Part shown: piece by piece, positions 23,931 through 39,852 of the stretch
Layout of the letters: the number at the start of each line of letters is the position of its first letter
How positions within the stretch are numbered: position 1 is the first letter of the stretch
Assembly: GCF_009914755.1 (NCBI RefSeq)
Contig: NC_060931.1
DNA from: the human T2T-CHM13v2.0 reference genome, Homo sapiens
DNA: 64,000 nt
Direction: 5' to 3' (one strand)
Notes under the pieces: generated by a model
Database searches by the model: none
Told to the model about the DNA's origin: nothing
The model's input: only the letters and a program-made list of their open reading frames with translations
Position numbers and translations under genes: made by a program

Positions 23931-26554
23931 TCTACACTGCTTGCATTTAACCCCAGAATTACCCCTATCTCCATCAGCCTCCACCCCAGCCCAAGTCATC
24001 AGCAGGAAAAAGTTATCCTGGTGAAAGTAAACGTGATGGGATTTTAGCTCCTAATACACCTTAACACTGTCAAGAGTAAACCTTATCTCACGGTACAGCT
24101 GTAAGGATCTGGGGGAGAAGGCCTCTGAAAAGATCAGATTTACAACTGCTCTGTCGATAAATGTTAAGGTCTGAAAACAAAATTAAAAGTTGACGTATAC
24201 TGGCTCAGCAATCTTGAGCAGTTTAAGTTAGAAATCTCTCAATTGCCATGGAGACCCCTAAGAGGCAAACACACCAAATCACTGAATAGTACTCCAATCT
24301 TCCTTTTTCCCCCCTTTTAACATATAGACCTCCTAAAAAACAGCCACCCCACCTTTCCCTGGAGTCGCAAGTGGTTGGGACAAGTATCTAACACACACAC
24401 ACTAACTGCTTTCTGCCAACTTCTACACAGATCACATAGTGAAAAGGTGGAACTACACCAGGTCAGAACAGTTTAAATTTTTTTGCAAATGATAAAGTAA
24501 CTCTCAGCTTCTGGATGTAGTATCTAGCACAGATTCCCACTCTTGAAAAGCAGTTTGGCCACTTGTCCTCACCACCCCCGACTATCAAACAGCCTAGAAT
24601 AGGGCTTGCATACTGGAGGTTAAAAACAAGTCACAAAGGTAACACCTCCTCTTCCTGCCTAGTCCTCCAACCACCCAATACCTCCTGGCCCATGCATATA
24701 CACACACTCAGCCTCTGTGATGGCCTGAATTGTATGGGGGAGGGGGAGGGCGCAAGAATTGGGCTGAATCTACCACCATATGCTTAGCCGCAGATCAATA
24801 AAATAAAGGTAAAACCAATCACACAGCACCCCCATGGCCTTTCTAACTTAATTCCACATCTCTCTCTACATTGTGAATTGGGCCAGATTTCTCTCTGCTT
24901 TCATTGAGATGTGCTGTCACCAAACTTAATATGATAGGGATCCTACCCTAGAATGTAAGCTACCATCAGGAAAAAAAAAAAAAAAAGACATGCTCTTCTC
25001 TGTTAAAGCAGGGTATGGCTCTGACCAAACAGGTACTGATAAACATAAAAATCAATTAAACTGGGCACATGCAAATCAACAGAGCCAAATGCCCAAAGTT
25101 GGAAAATGGCTAATTGAAAAGTTATTGATTGTTCTAACTGATGTCTTTCCCTGATTACTTAGCACTTTTACAGGTTACAGATGAACTGTGGACTTTTCAA
25201 ACATGGAAAAGGTGACATGAACTGGCACAAGAGCTCTCATGGTACAATGGGTAAAAAATACCAGAGTCTTACAATCCAATCATTGGACAAAATTTCCAAA
25301 ATTGACTTTGGGAAGCTAAATGATGTATTTTGATAGAAAGCTGGGCTGTTTAAAGGTAGGGCTGAACATCTTTCAACCCTAAAAGATGACTCTTGATAAA
25401 TAGCACCTTACAATAATCAAAATCTTTTTACTACATATTTTCAAAGAAGCCACAGTGAATAACACATTAGTCTGAGATTTACACTATATTCAGTTTTAGG
25501 CAGCATCTATTGTAATGTGTTCAGAATGTGATTGAAAAAGAAATGTAAATTCAGTGGAATGAAAAAGAGACTTAGCTTTAATTGAAAAAGACAAACTAAG
25601 TGAATCATGAGTATATAAAATCTAGCCTATGCCACTTTTATCACCCATATATGACACTTAATCTGAAATTTATGAGACAACTAAACTGTGTTTCAAATCA
25701 CCAGCAGCTTTTCCTACTCTGTTGTGTCTACCTTCTTTCTAGTAATACTTTAATGCTGGTAACAGGAGCAATAAGCCCATTTGCAAATTTTTCATATAAT
25801 GCTAATTTTTTAATATGTTTAGATTCTTCTTTTTGAAGAAAACCAATGATAATTTGGATTGGGTAGCTATAAAAACTGTACGTAGTATCAAGAGCCTTAT
25901 ATAGTAATGAGATGAAAATACTTTCAATGGACAGCCATGCCAAAAGATCTCCTCCCAAGAAAAAGCAGGACATTATATACTTAAAATAGGCAAATAATTT
26001 TCCTAACACCACATCTTAATTCATCTATATTATTTAGCCCATACAAAAAACTCTGTAAACCTCTAGTCCCTTAATTTACATATATTCCTATTTCTAGAAA
26101 AGAATATCTTGGAGGTACGATAGATTTCATTTTGAGATTAAATGTTCTCATATCAACTTTATGCTCTTTAGTGATTGCTGCCCAAATGGGGCAGGCTTGT
26201 TCTTGCTCCATAGGAAAACCCAGGTGCTAAGGAGGTAGGTGACTATTGGTGACTCAGTAGGTGGCACTCTTCCCTTTACATACTCAGCCAATGTCCCAGA
26301 AGGAAGTTATGGGACACTAGATACACCATAAATAATTCTCATAGGAAAAATAAAACCAAAATGTTGACCAAATTATAAATGGAACTTTGGAAAGGTGGAA
26401 ATTAAACCGTAATATACTCAGCATTGAAAAAATTCTGCCTCTATTTCAAATAAATTGCACTCTTCACCTAGTGCCCCTACAGGAATCCCTTTAGGGGACT
26501 GATTACATACCCTAAATAATATTGTGTGAAAAAAATATTCACACATTATAATCA

Positions 26555-26646
26555 ATGTGTGAAGATAATCAGTATGTTTAGGGGACATTGATTATCAATG
26601 TGAAGATAATCAATGTCCCCTAAACATACTGATTATCTTCACACAT
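26555..26646. repeat. Perfect inverted repeat, 42-bp arms, 8-nt spacer
   Basis: 26555-26596 is the exact reverse complement of 26605-26646 (checked base by base). Confidence 0.95.
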
Positions 26647-29600
26647 AATGTGTGGGAAAAAATTTTCTAATGTTCTAAAAATTCCCAGTAGGGAAAATGT
26701 GGTATTTCTAATCAAGAGTGCCATGTGAACAAAACCTCAAGATCACTTATTTATTGTTTGTTTGGTTTGGTTTGATTTTTCAGAGCACTAACAATCACTA
26801 TTTTCTTCTTTTAACAATGGTTTCATTTGCTAATTTAGTAAACAGAAAATAACATCTTCTTAGAGCTTTCCTTTTAAAATTTGTTGTCCTAAAACAAATG
26901 AATGAGGATGAATGAGAAGGTCTGATTGCAAGCCACTAACAAACCATTATTTAAAGGGTGATTAAACAAATGAAGGAGGCTGGAGGGAAGTGGTTCTAGT
27001 TCCTCTTACTTTCTTGCCTGTCTAGAGAAAAAAAAAAATCACATAAATCAAGATTATTCTTGCTGCTAGTCCTAGTCAAAATATTTGGATGTGAGAGAAG
27101 ATTAAATGGACAAGATTTGGGATTGTCCTTTGATTTCAATTATCCAGGCTAAACCTGTTTTTCCATTGTTGTAGAAAAGAAAAAAATCAAAGGTTGCCTG
27201 TAATGCATATGGCAGCTCAAAATTTGCTTTCAACAACGAAATTCTGTAAGTCCTTTTCTGTTCATATAACCAAAAGAATAATCAACATTTTATAAAAAGC
27301 ATAGGTCTTCAAGACTGACTCCACAGAAAATATAACTAAAAATCAAACTAGATAGCCACTTTTTCAATGGTATCTTTACACAACACATGTGAGTTAACAA
27401 TAACAACCTCTTTTTTTTTTTTTTTTTTTTTTTACATTTCTATGGAATGGTTTTTATAGGGGAAGGAAAAAGGGAGAGGGAACAAATGTTGAAAGTATAG
27501 CATAGAACTGCCATAATCAGACAGAAAAATAAAGAGAAAGAAAAATAATAAATAAGAATACACTTGAGTACCTATCCCTTTTAAGCAGGTGAAATTTCAA
27601 ACAGTACATATGACATATAATGATTTAGTTTAATAGGCATATGGAACACAAACAGATACATCTAAGCAACATTATTTTAACAGTCATTATCTTTTGATTA
27701 TATATTCTTCTTTCTAAAAACAAAGGACTTTAAACCCCTGAAAAGTTTAGTTCCTTATCTTCTCTACCTTGGAATTCTAGCATAGTACCATGCATTCTAA
27801 GAGCACTCAACTGTTAACTACAACACCATTACCAATATCTCCTCAGTTTCAAAGAAATAGACTAAATAAGCCAGCAATATCTCTAATATTCAAACCAATA
27901 TAAATACTTCTATAATGTTACTCTAAATCTAGTCATATACTATTACCCAATACACTTGAATTATGAAAAGAATCATGTACAATGCTAACAATATTTTTAG
28001 ATGAAATACATGAAACAATTGCTGACAGCATCTATTCTTGAAGCGTTCTCTACCTCAAAAAAGATTTTAATTACAGTCAAACATAAAATGTTAGCAACTT
28101 TCCAAATAAGTTTTTTTAAAACCTGAAAAACACTGATTTGTTAAATTTCTTTAAACATAAATACGCCCCAACTCACTTCCATACTTCTTGAAAATATCCT
28201 CTGAAAATAAAGTGTAATCCAAATTTCCAATTCCAAAAGTTTTAATTGTAATATTTTTTAATACTTCATGTGTGTTTTAATATGTGATTTGCTTTAATAA
28301 TATAAAATAGTGAAAATGTCAATAAAATGACTTAAAATAATTTCAGATGCTATGCTAGTATATTACCTGACTAAAGAGAGAAGGCAGAAATATATTGGAA
28401 GTTAGCATTGGCAGATAATTTAAATATGTAATTTTGAGTTTTTAGTTAAATTACACAAATAAGGGCCACAGGAAATACTTGTGATCTATGGGGATAAGAG
28501 AATAAAGGTTCTCATGACCTACATATCATATTATCTGTGATTTATGATTATGGATCCAAATAACAAACTGTACTATGGGAGGTACCAAGCTTTAAAACAT
28601 GCACCCAGAGGTCTATATGTTATTTCTTAAATTCAAAAATACAGACATAGAATATCCTGAAAATGGTTTCATCTATTTTTGGAATAATGATAAACATTTT
28701 TCTGCGCTGGTTATTACAATAATATTCTGAACAAACAATTCCAGCATTGTAAAAACAAAAAATGTTAAGTGTAGTAAAACAAAATCAGTAGTCATGTGAT
28801 GCAATAAAGCTGCCTGAAGTCAGTCTTTAGACTTCTTTAACTATTTCCCTTAGTGGTACCCGTTAATGACAACAAGCATTTCTTAGAGTGAAAGACTATC
28901 CCACCACAAATGCATTCAACATACTGTACCATAATCATACAAACATAAGTCTACATTCATACACTTAATATTACACTACCATATTAATAATGCCAAGCAC
29001 CAAAATTGAATGACAGAATATTAGGAGATTTGGACTCACATTGCTATAGGAGTAACATATAAAATGTGTCATCAAATGTCACATTTTAGATGACATTGCT
29101 TTTTAAGAGCTAGAATAAGCAATCTGTAATCTAGTTATTCATAAGCAATACTGAGAGATAAATATTTTATAGACATCTAAAACTAAAAATCAAAATTCAG
29201 TTTCCAGAATTCTGACGTACACAAGACAAAATAAATGATGGTTGAAATTCCAGAACATTGAGATAGGTAAGATTTGTGCTACCTTAAAAACATATATTTT
29301 CTACCTTGTACAGAAATATAAATTATTGGTTCTTAGTGAACATACACACCTCCGTATCCAGTAAATTAATGAACTAGTAGTGGATTCATAATGCTACTGA
29401 AGAACCACGTTTCTAGCTCCTAAAATAAGTTCCTATAAATGGTAATGTAAAACTGAAAAAGGGAAGATAAGGGTACAAAGATGAAGTACTTTCATCGTGT
29501 CACACAGGAAGTAGAACTTTAACATATCCTTCCTTTTTTGCTTTAATATATTACTGAGGCTGGGGACAAGTGGCCATTTGAGAACCAGACCTTCTTCAAA

Positions 29601-29849
29601 AGTCTTAAACGTGAGTGAGCTGAATGTTTAAGAAAAACGGGAGTTTTAGAAATGACAAACTCTTTCACCCCATAACCCCTAACACCTGTGGCTCTGACAG
29701 CTCTTTGCATCTCTACATCCTCTACCTCCATTGGCCAGACCACCCAAGAACTACTTATTTGACTTCTGCTCCCTTCTGCTTGCTCACGCAGCATTCATTA
29801 TCATTATCATTCTCTCTCCCTCTTCCACTCTTCCTCCCCCGCCCTTCTG

Positions 29850-29850
<1 letters not shown>

Positions 29851-29885
<35 letters not shown>
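29851..29885. repeat. (CA)17 microsatellite
   Basis: Uninterrupted CA run ~280 bp into intron 1. Confidence 0.97.
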
Positions 29886-29886
<1 letters not shown>

Positions 29887-30029
29887 GTCTTCACAATGCA
29901 CATAGAAACGTCCTGATCCCATTTGTGTAGATCACCAAAAAGGGCTTCGCCACCATCCCCGCACCAAATTTCAACACACACGTCCACTCCCTTTCTGAGA
30001 CAAAACAACCCCTCTCCTCTCCTCCCTGT

Positions 30030-30950
30030 GCCGACCCCACTGGCTAGAAGACGTGGGAAGCGCGGGGAGGGAGGATAAGGGCTCTGAATGCTTCTGTCCC
30101 CACCGGCTCACCGTTCCCTCGCCCCCGCCCCGACAGCATTATCGCCGCCTTCCCGCTCTTTACCTGCCAACAGGTTCCTAATTTCCTCAGGGAGGGGGTA
30201 GGGAGAGGAGGTGCTGCTGGGGTTGGGCATGTTAGGGAGCGCAGGGCGTGCGGGGAAAGGACCTGCGCTGAAAAGGTGACCGACGGGGTGGGGCTGCGGC
30301 TGCGACCTAGACTCAGGCTAGCGGCCCGGATTAAGAACAGCGGGGCTACGAGTCGGGACACTGCCGGGCCGGGGCTCACAACAAGGAAGTCACTGAATCT
30401 CCAGCGAGCTGCAGCTGGACTGTCGGCCCAGCCCCGCCCAGAGGGCCGGGGCGGGGAGATGGGTGGGAAGGGACACGAAGGGCCTGAGGGGTCCAACTGC
30501 GCATGTGTATTCCTCGGTTTTCCCGGCCCCAGAAGAAAGAGCCTGTGGGCAAGCCACGCCCACCGCTACGCCGGGAAGCAGGAGGAGGAGCCACTGGTGG
30601 GAAGGGGGCGGACTGAGGCTGCGTCACCTGATGCTGCGTCACCTGATCCAGCGTCCGGAGCGCCTTACAGCCATTTTCGGTACTGGTGCCATCACAACTG
30701 CTGATCGTTTCTGCAGGATTCCAGAAAATAATGTATCCATGATACAGAGTGTATACAAGTTTTGCGATTACGCCTTCTGCGTAACAGTCAGTCCCACCGC
30801 AGTTTAACCCACAAGGAATTTTCTCTTGTCCTAAACTATTATGGCCTTCTTTGTCCGATTGAACGGAGGTAACGAAGTCTCGTCTTCCGCCAGTCGTCCG
30901 GGCGAAGCCAGTCTGGAGCCGCTCCGGAGCGCGCGTTGTGATTGGCTCTT
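30030..30950 (-). promoter_or_regulatory. SKAP2: SKAP2 CpG-island promoter / 5' UTR
   Basis: Abrupt GC- and CpG-rich block around exon 1. GC boxes (ggggcgggg ~30448, gggggcgga ~30604), ETS ggaagt ~30385, NRF1-like tgcgcatg ~30499, YY1-like gccatttt ~30670, CCAAT (attgg) ~30941. Confidence 0.9.
30164..30230 (-). CDS. SKAP2: SKAP2 coding exon 1 (MPNPSSTSSPYPLPEEIRNLLA + G), 67 nt
   Basis: Manual reverse-complement translation from ATG at 30230 (ctaacATGc, A at -3) matches the SKAP2 N-terminus as I know it; ends at donor CAG|gtaaag; lies in the CpG island. Confidence 0.97.
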
Positions 30951-32174
30951 ACATTACTTTTCTACCTAATTCGTATCCTTGGGGTGACAGATTTTCCCCA
31001 CTACAAGGAAGACTGGGAAGTTCTAAGCACCGTCCTTTGGCAGGAAAAAACAAACAAAACAAAACAAAAAAACAGAAGGCCGAATAGACATTGGCACCAC
31101 TGTCCATCTACAAGCATCAAAAATAAAATTGCTGGTGGTGGTTAGTAGAATAAAATTATAAAATCTGCTCACTCCAACTTGACCATTTAGTCAACAAATA
31201 CTTACTGTCTTCTATCTGTAAAGCTTCTTAAAAGTTTTCTCTTTTAAAAAAAATGGCTTCTTTAAAACCTTTAACAGGCATACATCTTTGTGCTTCCCAG
31301 ATATTGCATTTTTTAACAAATTGAAGGTTTGTGGCAACCCTGCATCAAGCAAATCTGTGGGCGCCATTTTTCCAAAAGCATGTGCTCAGTTCATGTCTCT
31401 GTCACATTTTGGTGATTCTAACAATATTTCAAACTTTTTCATTATTATTGTATATGTTATGGTGATCTTTGAAGTTACTATTATAATTACTTTGGGACAT
31501 CACAAACAGCACCCATATAAGACAGCGACTGTAATCCATAAATGTGTGTGTTCTGACTGCTCTACCAACCCTATACCTTCCTCCATATCTCTCCCTCTCT
31601 TGGGCCTCCCCATTCCTTGAGACACAACAATATTGACATTAAGCCAATTAATAACCCTACGATGGCCTCTGAGTGTTCCAGTAAAAGAATCATTTTACTT
31701 TAAATCAAAAGCTTACTTTAAATCAAAAGCTAGAAATGATTAAGCTTAGTGAGGAAGGCATATTGAAAGCCGAGACAGACCAAAAGCTAGGGCTCTTGCA
31801 CCAAACAGCCAGGTAGTGAATGCAAGGGAAAAGTCCTTGAAGGAAAGTAAAAATGCTACTCCAGTGAACACACGAATGATAAGAAAGCGAAGGAGGCTTA
31901 TTGCTGGTAAAGAAACGTTTTCATGTTCTGGATAGAAGATCAAACCAGACATAACATTCCCTTAAGCCAACGCCTAATCGAGTGCAAGGCCCTAACTCTC
32001 TTCAAGTCTACGAAGGCTGAGAGGTAAAGAAGCTGCAGAAGAAAAGTTGGAAGTTAGCAGAGGTTGGTTCATGATGTTTAAGGAAATAAGCCATCTTCAG
32101 AGCATAAAATTGTAAGGTGAAGCAGCAAATGCTGGTGAAGCAGCTGCAGCAAGTTATCAAAAAGATCTAGCTAA

Positions 32175-32495
<321 letters not shown>

Positions 32496-33038
32496 CTAGC
32501 TAAGATATCTGATGAAGGTGGCTATACTAAACAAAGAGTTTCAGTGTAGATGAAACAACACTTATTGGAAAACAATGCCATCTAGGACTTTCGTAGCTAT
32601 AGAGTAGAAGTCAATGCCTGGCTTCAAAGCTTCAAAGGACAGGCTGATTCTCTTCTTAGGAACTATTTCAGCTGCTGACTTTAAGTTGAAGCCAATGCTC
32701 ATTTACCATTCTGAAAATCCTAGGGCCCTTAAGGATTATGATAAATCTACTCTGCCTGTGCTCTATAAGTGGAACAACAAAGCCTGGATGACAGCACATC
32801 TGTTTACAGAATGATTTACTGAGTATTTTAAGCACACTGTTGAGATCTACTGCTCAGAAAAAAAGATGCCTTTCAAAATATTGCTGCTTATTGACAATGC
32901 ACCTGGTCACCCAAGAGCTCTGATGGAGATATACAAGAAGATTAATGTTTTCATGCCTGCTAGTACCACATCCATTCTGCTGCCCATGGATCAAAGAGTA
33001 GTTTCAACTTTCAAGTCTTATTTAAAAAATACATTTCA

Positions 33039-33354
<316 letters not shown>

Positions 33355-33371
<17 letters not shown>

Positions 33372-33487
33372 TACACACATATATATACATATATATACAT
33401 ATATATATACACACATATATATATACATATATATACATATATATACCTATATATACATATATATATACATATATATATATATTATAT
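33355..33487. repeat. (TA)n/(TATATACA)n compound microsatellite at Alu tail
   Basis: Directly visible; explains the low-complexity ORF 33326-33508. Confidence 0.95.
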
Positions 33488-34206
33488 GGCTATAGTTGCC
33501 ATAGATAGTCATTTATCTAATATATCTGGGCAAAGTAAATTGAAAACCTTCTGAAAAAGGTTCACCATTCTAGATGCAATTAAGAATATTCATGATTCAT
33601 GGGAAGAGGTCAAAATGTCCAACATTAACAGGAGTTTGGAAGAAGTTGATTCCAACCCTCAGGGATGATTTTGAGGGGTTCAAGACCAGTGGAGGATGTG
33701 GTGGAAATAGCAAGGGAACTACAGTTAGAAGTGGAGCCTGCAGATGTGACTGAACTGCTGCAATCTCATGGTAAAACTTGGAGGTATGAGGAGTTGCTTC
33801 TTATGAATGAGCAAAGAGAGTGGTTTATTGAGATGAAATCTACTCCAGTGAAGATGCTGTGAATACTGATGAAATAATAAGAAAGGATTTAGAATACTAC
33901 GTCAACTTAGTTGATAAAGCAGTGGTTGGAGAGGATTGACTCCAGTATTGAAAGAAGTTCTACTGTGGGTAAAATGCTAGCAAACAACATCACATGCCAC
34001 AGAGAAATCGTTCATGAAAGGAAGAGTCTCTCAAGGCAGCAAATTTCATTTTTGTTTTATTTTAAGAAATTGCCACAGCCATCCCAGCCTTCAGCAATCA
34101 CCACCCTGATCAGTCAGCAGCCATTCACATTGAGGCAAGACCCTCCACCAGAAAAAAGATAACATGCTGAAGACTCAGATGATCATTATCATTTTTTAGC
34201 AATAAA

Positions 34207-34343
34207 GTTTTGGGGGTTTTTTAGAGATGGAGGTCTCTCTATGTTTGCCCAGACTGGCCTGGAACTCCTGGGCTCAAAGGATCCTCCCACCTCAGCCTCC
34301 TGAGTGGCTTGGGACTACCGGAATGTACCGACATGCCCAGGTG
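34207..34343 (-). mobile_element. Alu monomer (FLAM-like) within Tigger1
   Basis: Antisense left-monomer sequence; TSD gcaataaagt. Confidence 0.8.
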
Positions 34344-35148
34344 CAATAAAGTATTTTTAAGTAGGTGTGTTAGTTATTTTTCCAGACATAATGCTACTGC
34401 ATACTTAATAAACTACAGTAAACATAATGCTTATATGCACTGGGAAACCAAAGTATTTGTGTGACTCACTTTACTGCAATAGTTGCTTTATTGGTTTGGT
34501 CTAGAACCTAACCTGGAAAATCTGTGAGGTATGCCTGTTTGTGTGTGTGTGTGTGTATACACTCATGTATTTATTACATATATGTACGTATATACATATT
34601 TATTACATTCAAGTGCCTCTTAACCATTAAAATCCCTCAAAACCTGGTGCGGAACCATCAACGAAAATGAAGTCGCTGAAATCCCTGAAGAACACAGAAT
34701 AGAGGCTGAGGAGGAAGGCTTCAGACAGAAACTTCCTAGGCAAAGCATTTAGTGAGTATACACTGTGTATTTCTCTTAGTGAAAATATCATTGACAACAT
34801 GAGTCATTGAGATGCCCCCTGCCACACCCTCCATCTCTGCTTGGCAAGGCACGTTTTCAAAACCACGCAAATGTCAGCTTCTATATTAAGCCTTCACTTA
34901 GATTTCCCTTGGTAGAGATAGTGGCTCTTTCCTAGAAGTTACTATTATATCTTACATTGTTCCTGGGCTCCAGTCACATTGTAAATTGTTTATTCCTTTA
35001 CCCTCCAACTTTCACTAGATCAAACTATAGTTTTCATTAGAATCACAGAGAGAACCTATTACATTGTGAATTCTCAAATCCCATCCCCAGAGATTCTGAG
35101 TCAGTCTTTTTAGGGTGGGGCCTGAGAATCTGCGTGTTAAACAATCCT

Positions 35149-35441
<293 letters not shown>

Positions 35442-37044
35442 TCATAGGTGAATGCAAGACATCATGAAATTTCATTTTAAGAATCACTTTGCTACTTCCC
35501 AGCTCCTACAGGGCACAAAATTTGTTGTAACTTATCTTTCATCCTCAGCTGGAACCCTAAACCTAACACAGAATAACAACTTTATTAATAGTTCATCAAA
35601 AACACTTCAGACAGTCTAATAAAAAATTAGAAAGTCAAATGCAGTATGACATTTTTGTGTAATTCTCTGAGATAAAAGTAAACTAGTTATAAAAGAAAAA
35701 ATAGAGCATTTTCGAGTCTGTATCTTGCCTCTCAAAACAAACAAACAAATAAAAGACAAAAACTTTACGGCTGAAGTAAAACATGCAAAAATAACAACAA
35801 AAAAAGACACCCCTGCAAACAAACCCATTCCCCAAAATGGAATCTGAAATTCCTACCCAGATTTTAAAATGTGATGAATTATAGAAAGAGCACTGAAAAT
35901 TTGAATTGTTTTTGGTGGAGGTAAAAGTAAATAAATAGTCATTTTACAATATACGTCTTCCAACTTCAAAGAATTGAGAACTATTTTTCTTAAGCTACAA
36001 AATTATCTTCCTTCCTAAAGAAGAAAACAACTATTTCATGGACATTTTATATTAGGGAGGATTCTTCCTCCTTCTACAGTTATCACACATAATTCTTTGT
36101 CTTGTCACATTTTTTATTAAACCAGGTTTCCAAATGTCCCAATCCTTTGTTTCCTTCTGATAGAACTGAACCTGTTTTTAAATTCCTGTGTCTCATTTAT
36201 TTACTTATACTCCACTCATTCCACTAAGGAATTGAGGTGATTTGCTCTTGTATCAAATAGACAGCTTTCTGGAGTGGATCAAATGGACAGTGTCTACACT
36301 GCTCATTATGACAAGTCATTCTTGTTAGTGAGAGACAGGAAACTATTAAGATTACCTTAAAATATATAGCATCTCATAGTCCAAATAAAAAAAGGCAATA
36401 ACAGAAAATGGACTTTTTGTGTGAAACACATTTTCCCTATTTAGGAAGCCATTCTCAGACACAGGTCCATGATAGATTCACTTGGGCAATGCTTTGTATA
36501 GTCTATCATTTTTACTGTTTATTGTTAAAGTTATTGAAATTGATTATAAGATGGAAAGTGTAATAAAGAGAAGTTAGGAGAAATACATTCTTATTTCTCT
36601 TGTTTCCATAACAAAAACCAAGAAGTAAATCAAATCATACTTTACATTCTTTAAACTAGTCATATTAGGTTGAAAAAAAAGAATAATAAATGTAACTTTA
36701 AATCTCAACCTAAGAGAGGTAATGGCCTCCCTACCATTCTACAAAGGAGAGACTAGACTCTGATAAAATCTTATGATTTGTCTTCCCAAAAGTAGATCCT
36801 CCAGTTCAAAGATATATGTATATATCCCTATAACTGAAGCTAACTGCCTTTCTTATGTTCTTCAAAATTAGCTTAGGGGCACTGAATAAGTATTTTCCCA
36901 CAGGCCTAGGTTTAAGAGAAGCTAAAAGAGCACCGAAGAAAAATAGAAAGTAAGCCAAACACAATTTACTTTTCTCAGCCTCTCATCTTCATTTTTATTT
37001 GGCTTTCATAGGCATGTGGAAGAAAGATTATATTTATACTTAGG

Positions 37045-38260
<1,216 letters not shown>

Positions 38261-39132
38261 TGAAGCCCAACCAGGAAAATGTGGCAAGTTATTTGATTAG
38301 GACACAGTTCTCTTCCCACCTGGAAATAACTTATCCTCTGCTCTTCGTTCTTCCCTCTGAGCCACCCATCTTTTTCCATGAACGGTTGTGTAATTTTCTC
38401 AACCTGCTTCCTGACAATACAATTGAGGTGGGGGGTGGGGTGGTCAAAAGATCTGTTTTCATTTTGTATTGTCACTGTCCCAATTCTCTATCAGTCAGAG
38501 TTCAAGAAGAAAATCAAAACTACTAGAATGAAGCTAGAGATGGAAAGAGATATAATATATGGCAATTTGTTACAAAGATTAAACCCTATCCAATTGTGAA
38601 AGCTGGTTAAACTGTCTCTTTATATAAGGCAGTTATCTTTACATCTGATGCTGGAGCTCAAAGTCCACAGAGCGGGGAATCAGAAAGGGAAGATGGAGGA
38701 ACTTCATGACAAGCTGGTAACCAGAAGTATAAGCCATAGTTTATGAGCACAACCTGAAACCCAAGTTATCTCTCATTTGATGGTATGGATGTTCTTCAGA
38801 AGCCAGAGTCCCTCATTAAGGAGCTAAATGCACACACTTTACCAAGAGTCAGAGAAGTAGAAGGAGGATCCAATAGAAAATGAGCAGTTGCAGGCTCAGC
38901 TGCTGACTTACACCAATGAAGTGAGCCAACCAGTAAGCAACCATACATGTGAACTACAAAATGACTGCTGCTTCATTTCTGCTCTCCAAGTCTTACAAAA
39001 GAATATATTTTGTGGCCTAGCCTAACCAGAAACATGCAGAAAAGGGGATTCTAGTAAATTTAGGTCGACAGCCACCAACCATACACTTGTACTATCATAA
39101 ATAAAATGTGGACTAAATAAATGAAGCAACTA

Positions 39133-39442
<310 letters not shown>

Positions 39443-39852
39443 TTAAGCAATTGAAATTGCATTTACTTTGCAGCCTAATCCATCTAAACAAAATGCAAAA
39501 CCTGTTGGCTCTAAAGTTATCTTGTAAGGGCTCTTTTAAGAATTTTTAGAAATAAAGATTTGTTTTCATTTTCTAAGTTATTATCCTTGTTTTCATTTGA
39601 AACTTCCATGTTTAGTTGGTATAAGTTTATCATTGTGTGGCAGTCAACAAGAAAAAATATTCTCACTGGAATTCATATGAAGTCATTTACTCTGAAAAGA
39701 TGTGACATACAACCCAACCAGAACCAAAGGTACTGATAGATGCAGTTCACAATTTGAGTTTTTAGTTCATAATTGTTATTAATCTTATTAGTATAATTTA
39801 CTAAGTTAGCAAGATTTGCTGTCCATCTCATTCCCATACACACAAACATACA

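Noticed and set aside
30044-30807. Overlapping 88-150 aa ORFs on both strands
   Set aside because: Stop-poor CpG-island sequence; the real SKAP2 exon 1 frame is different and short.
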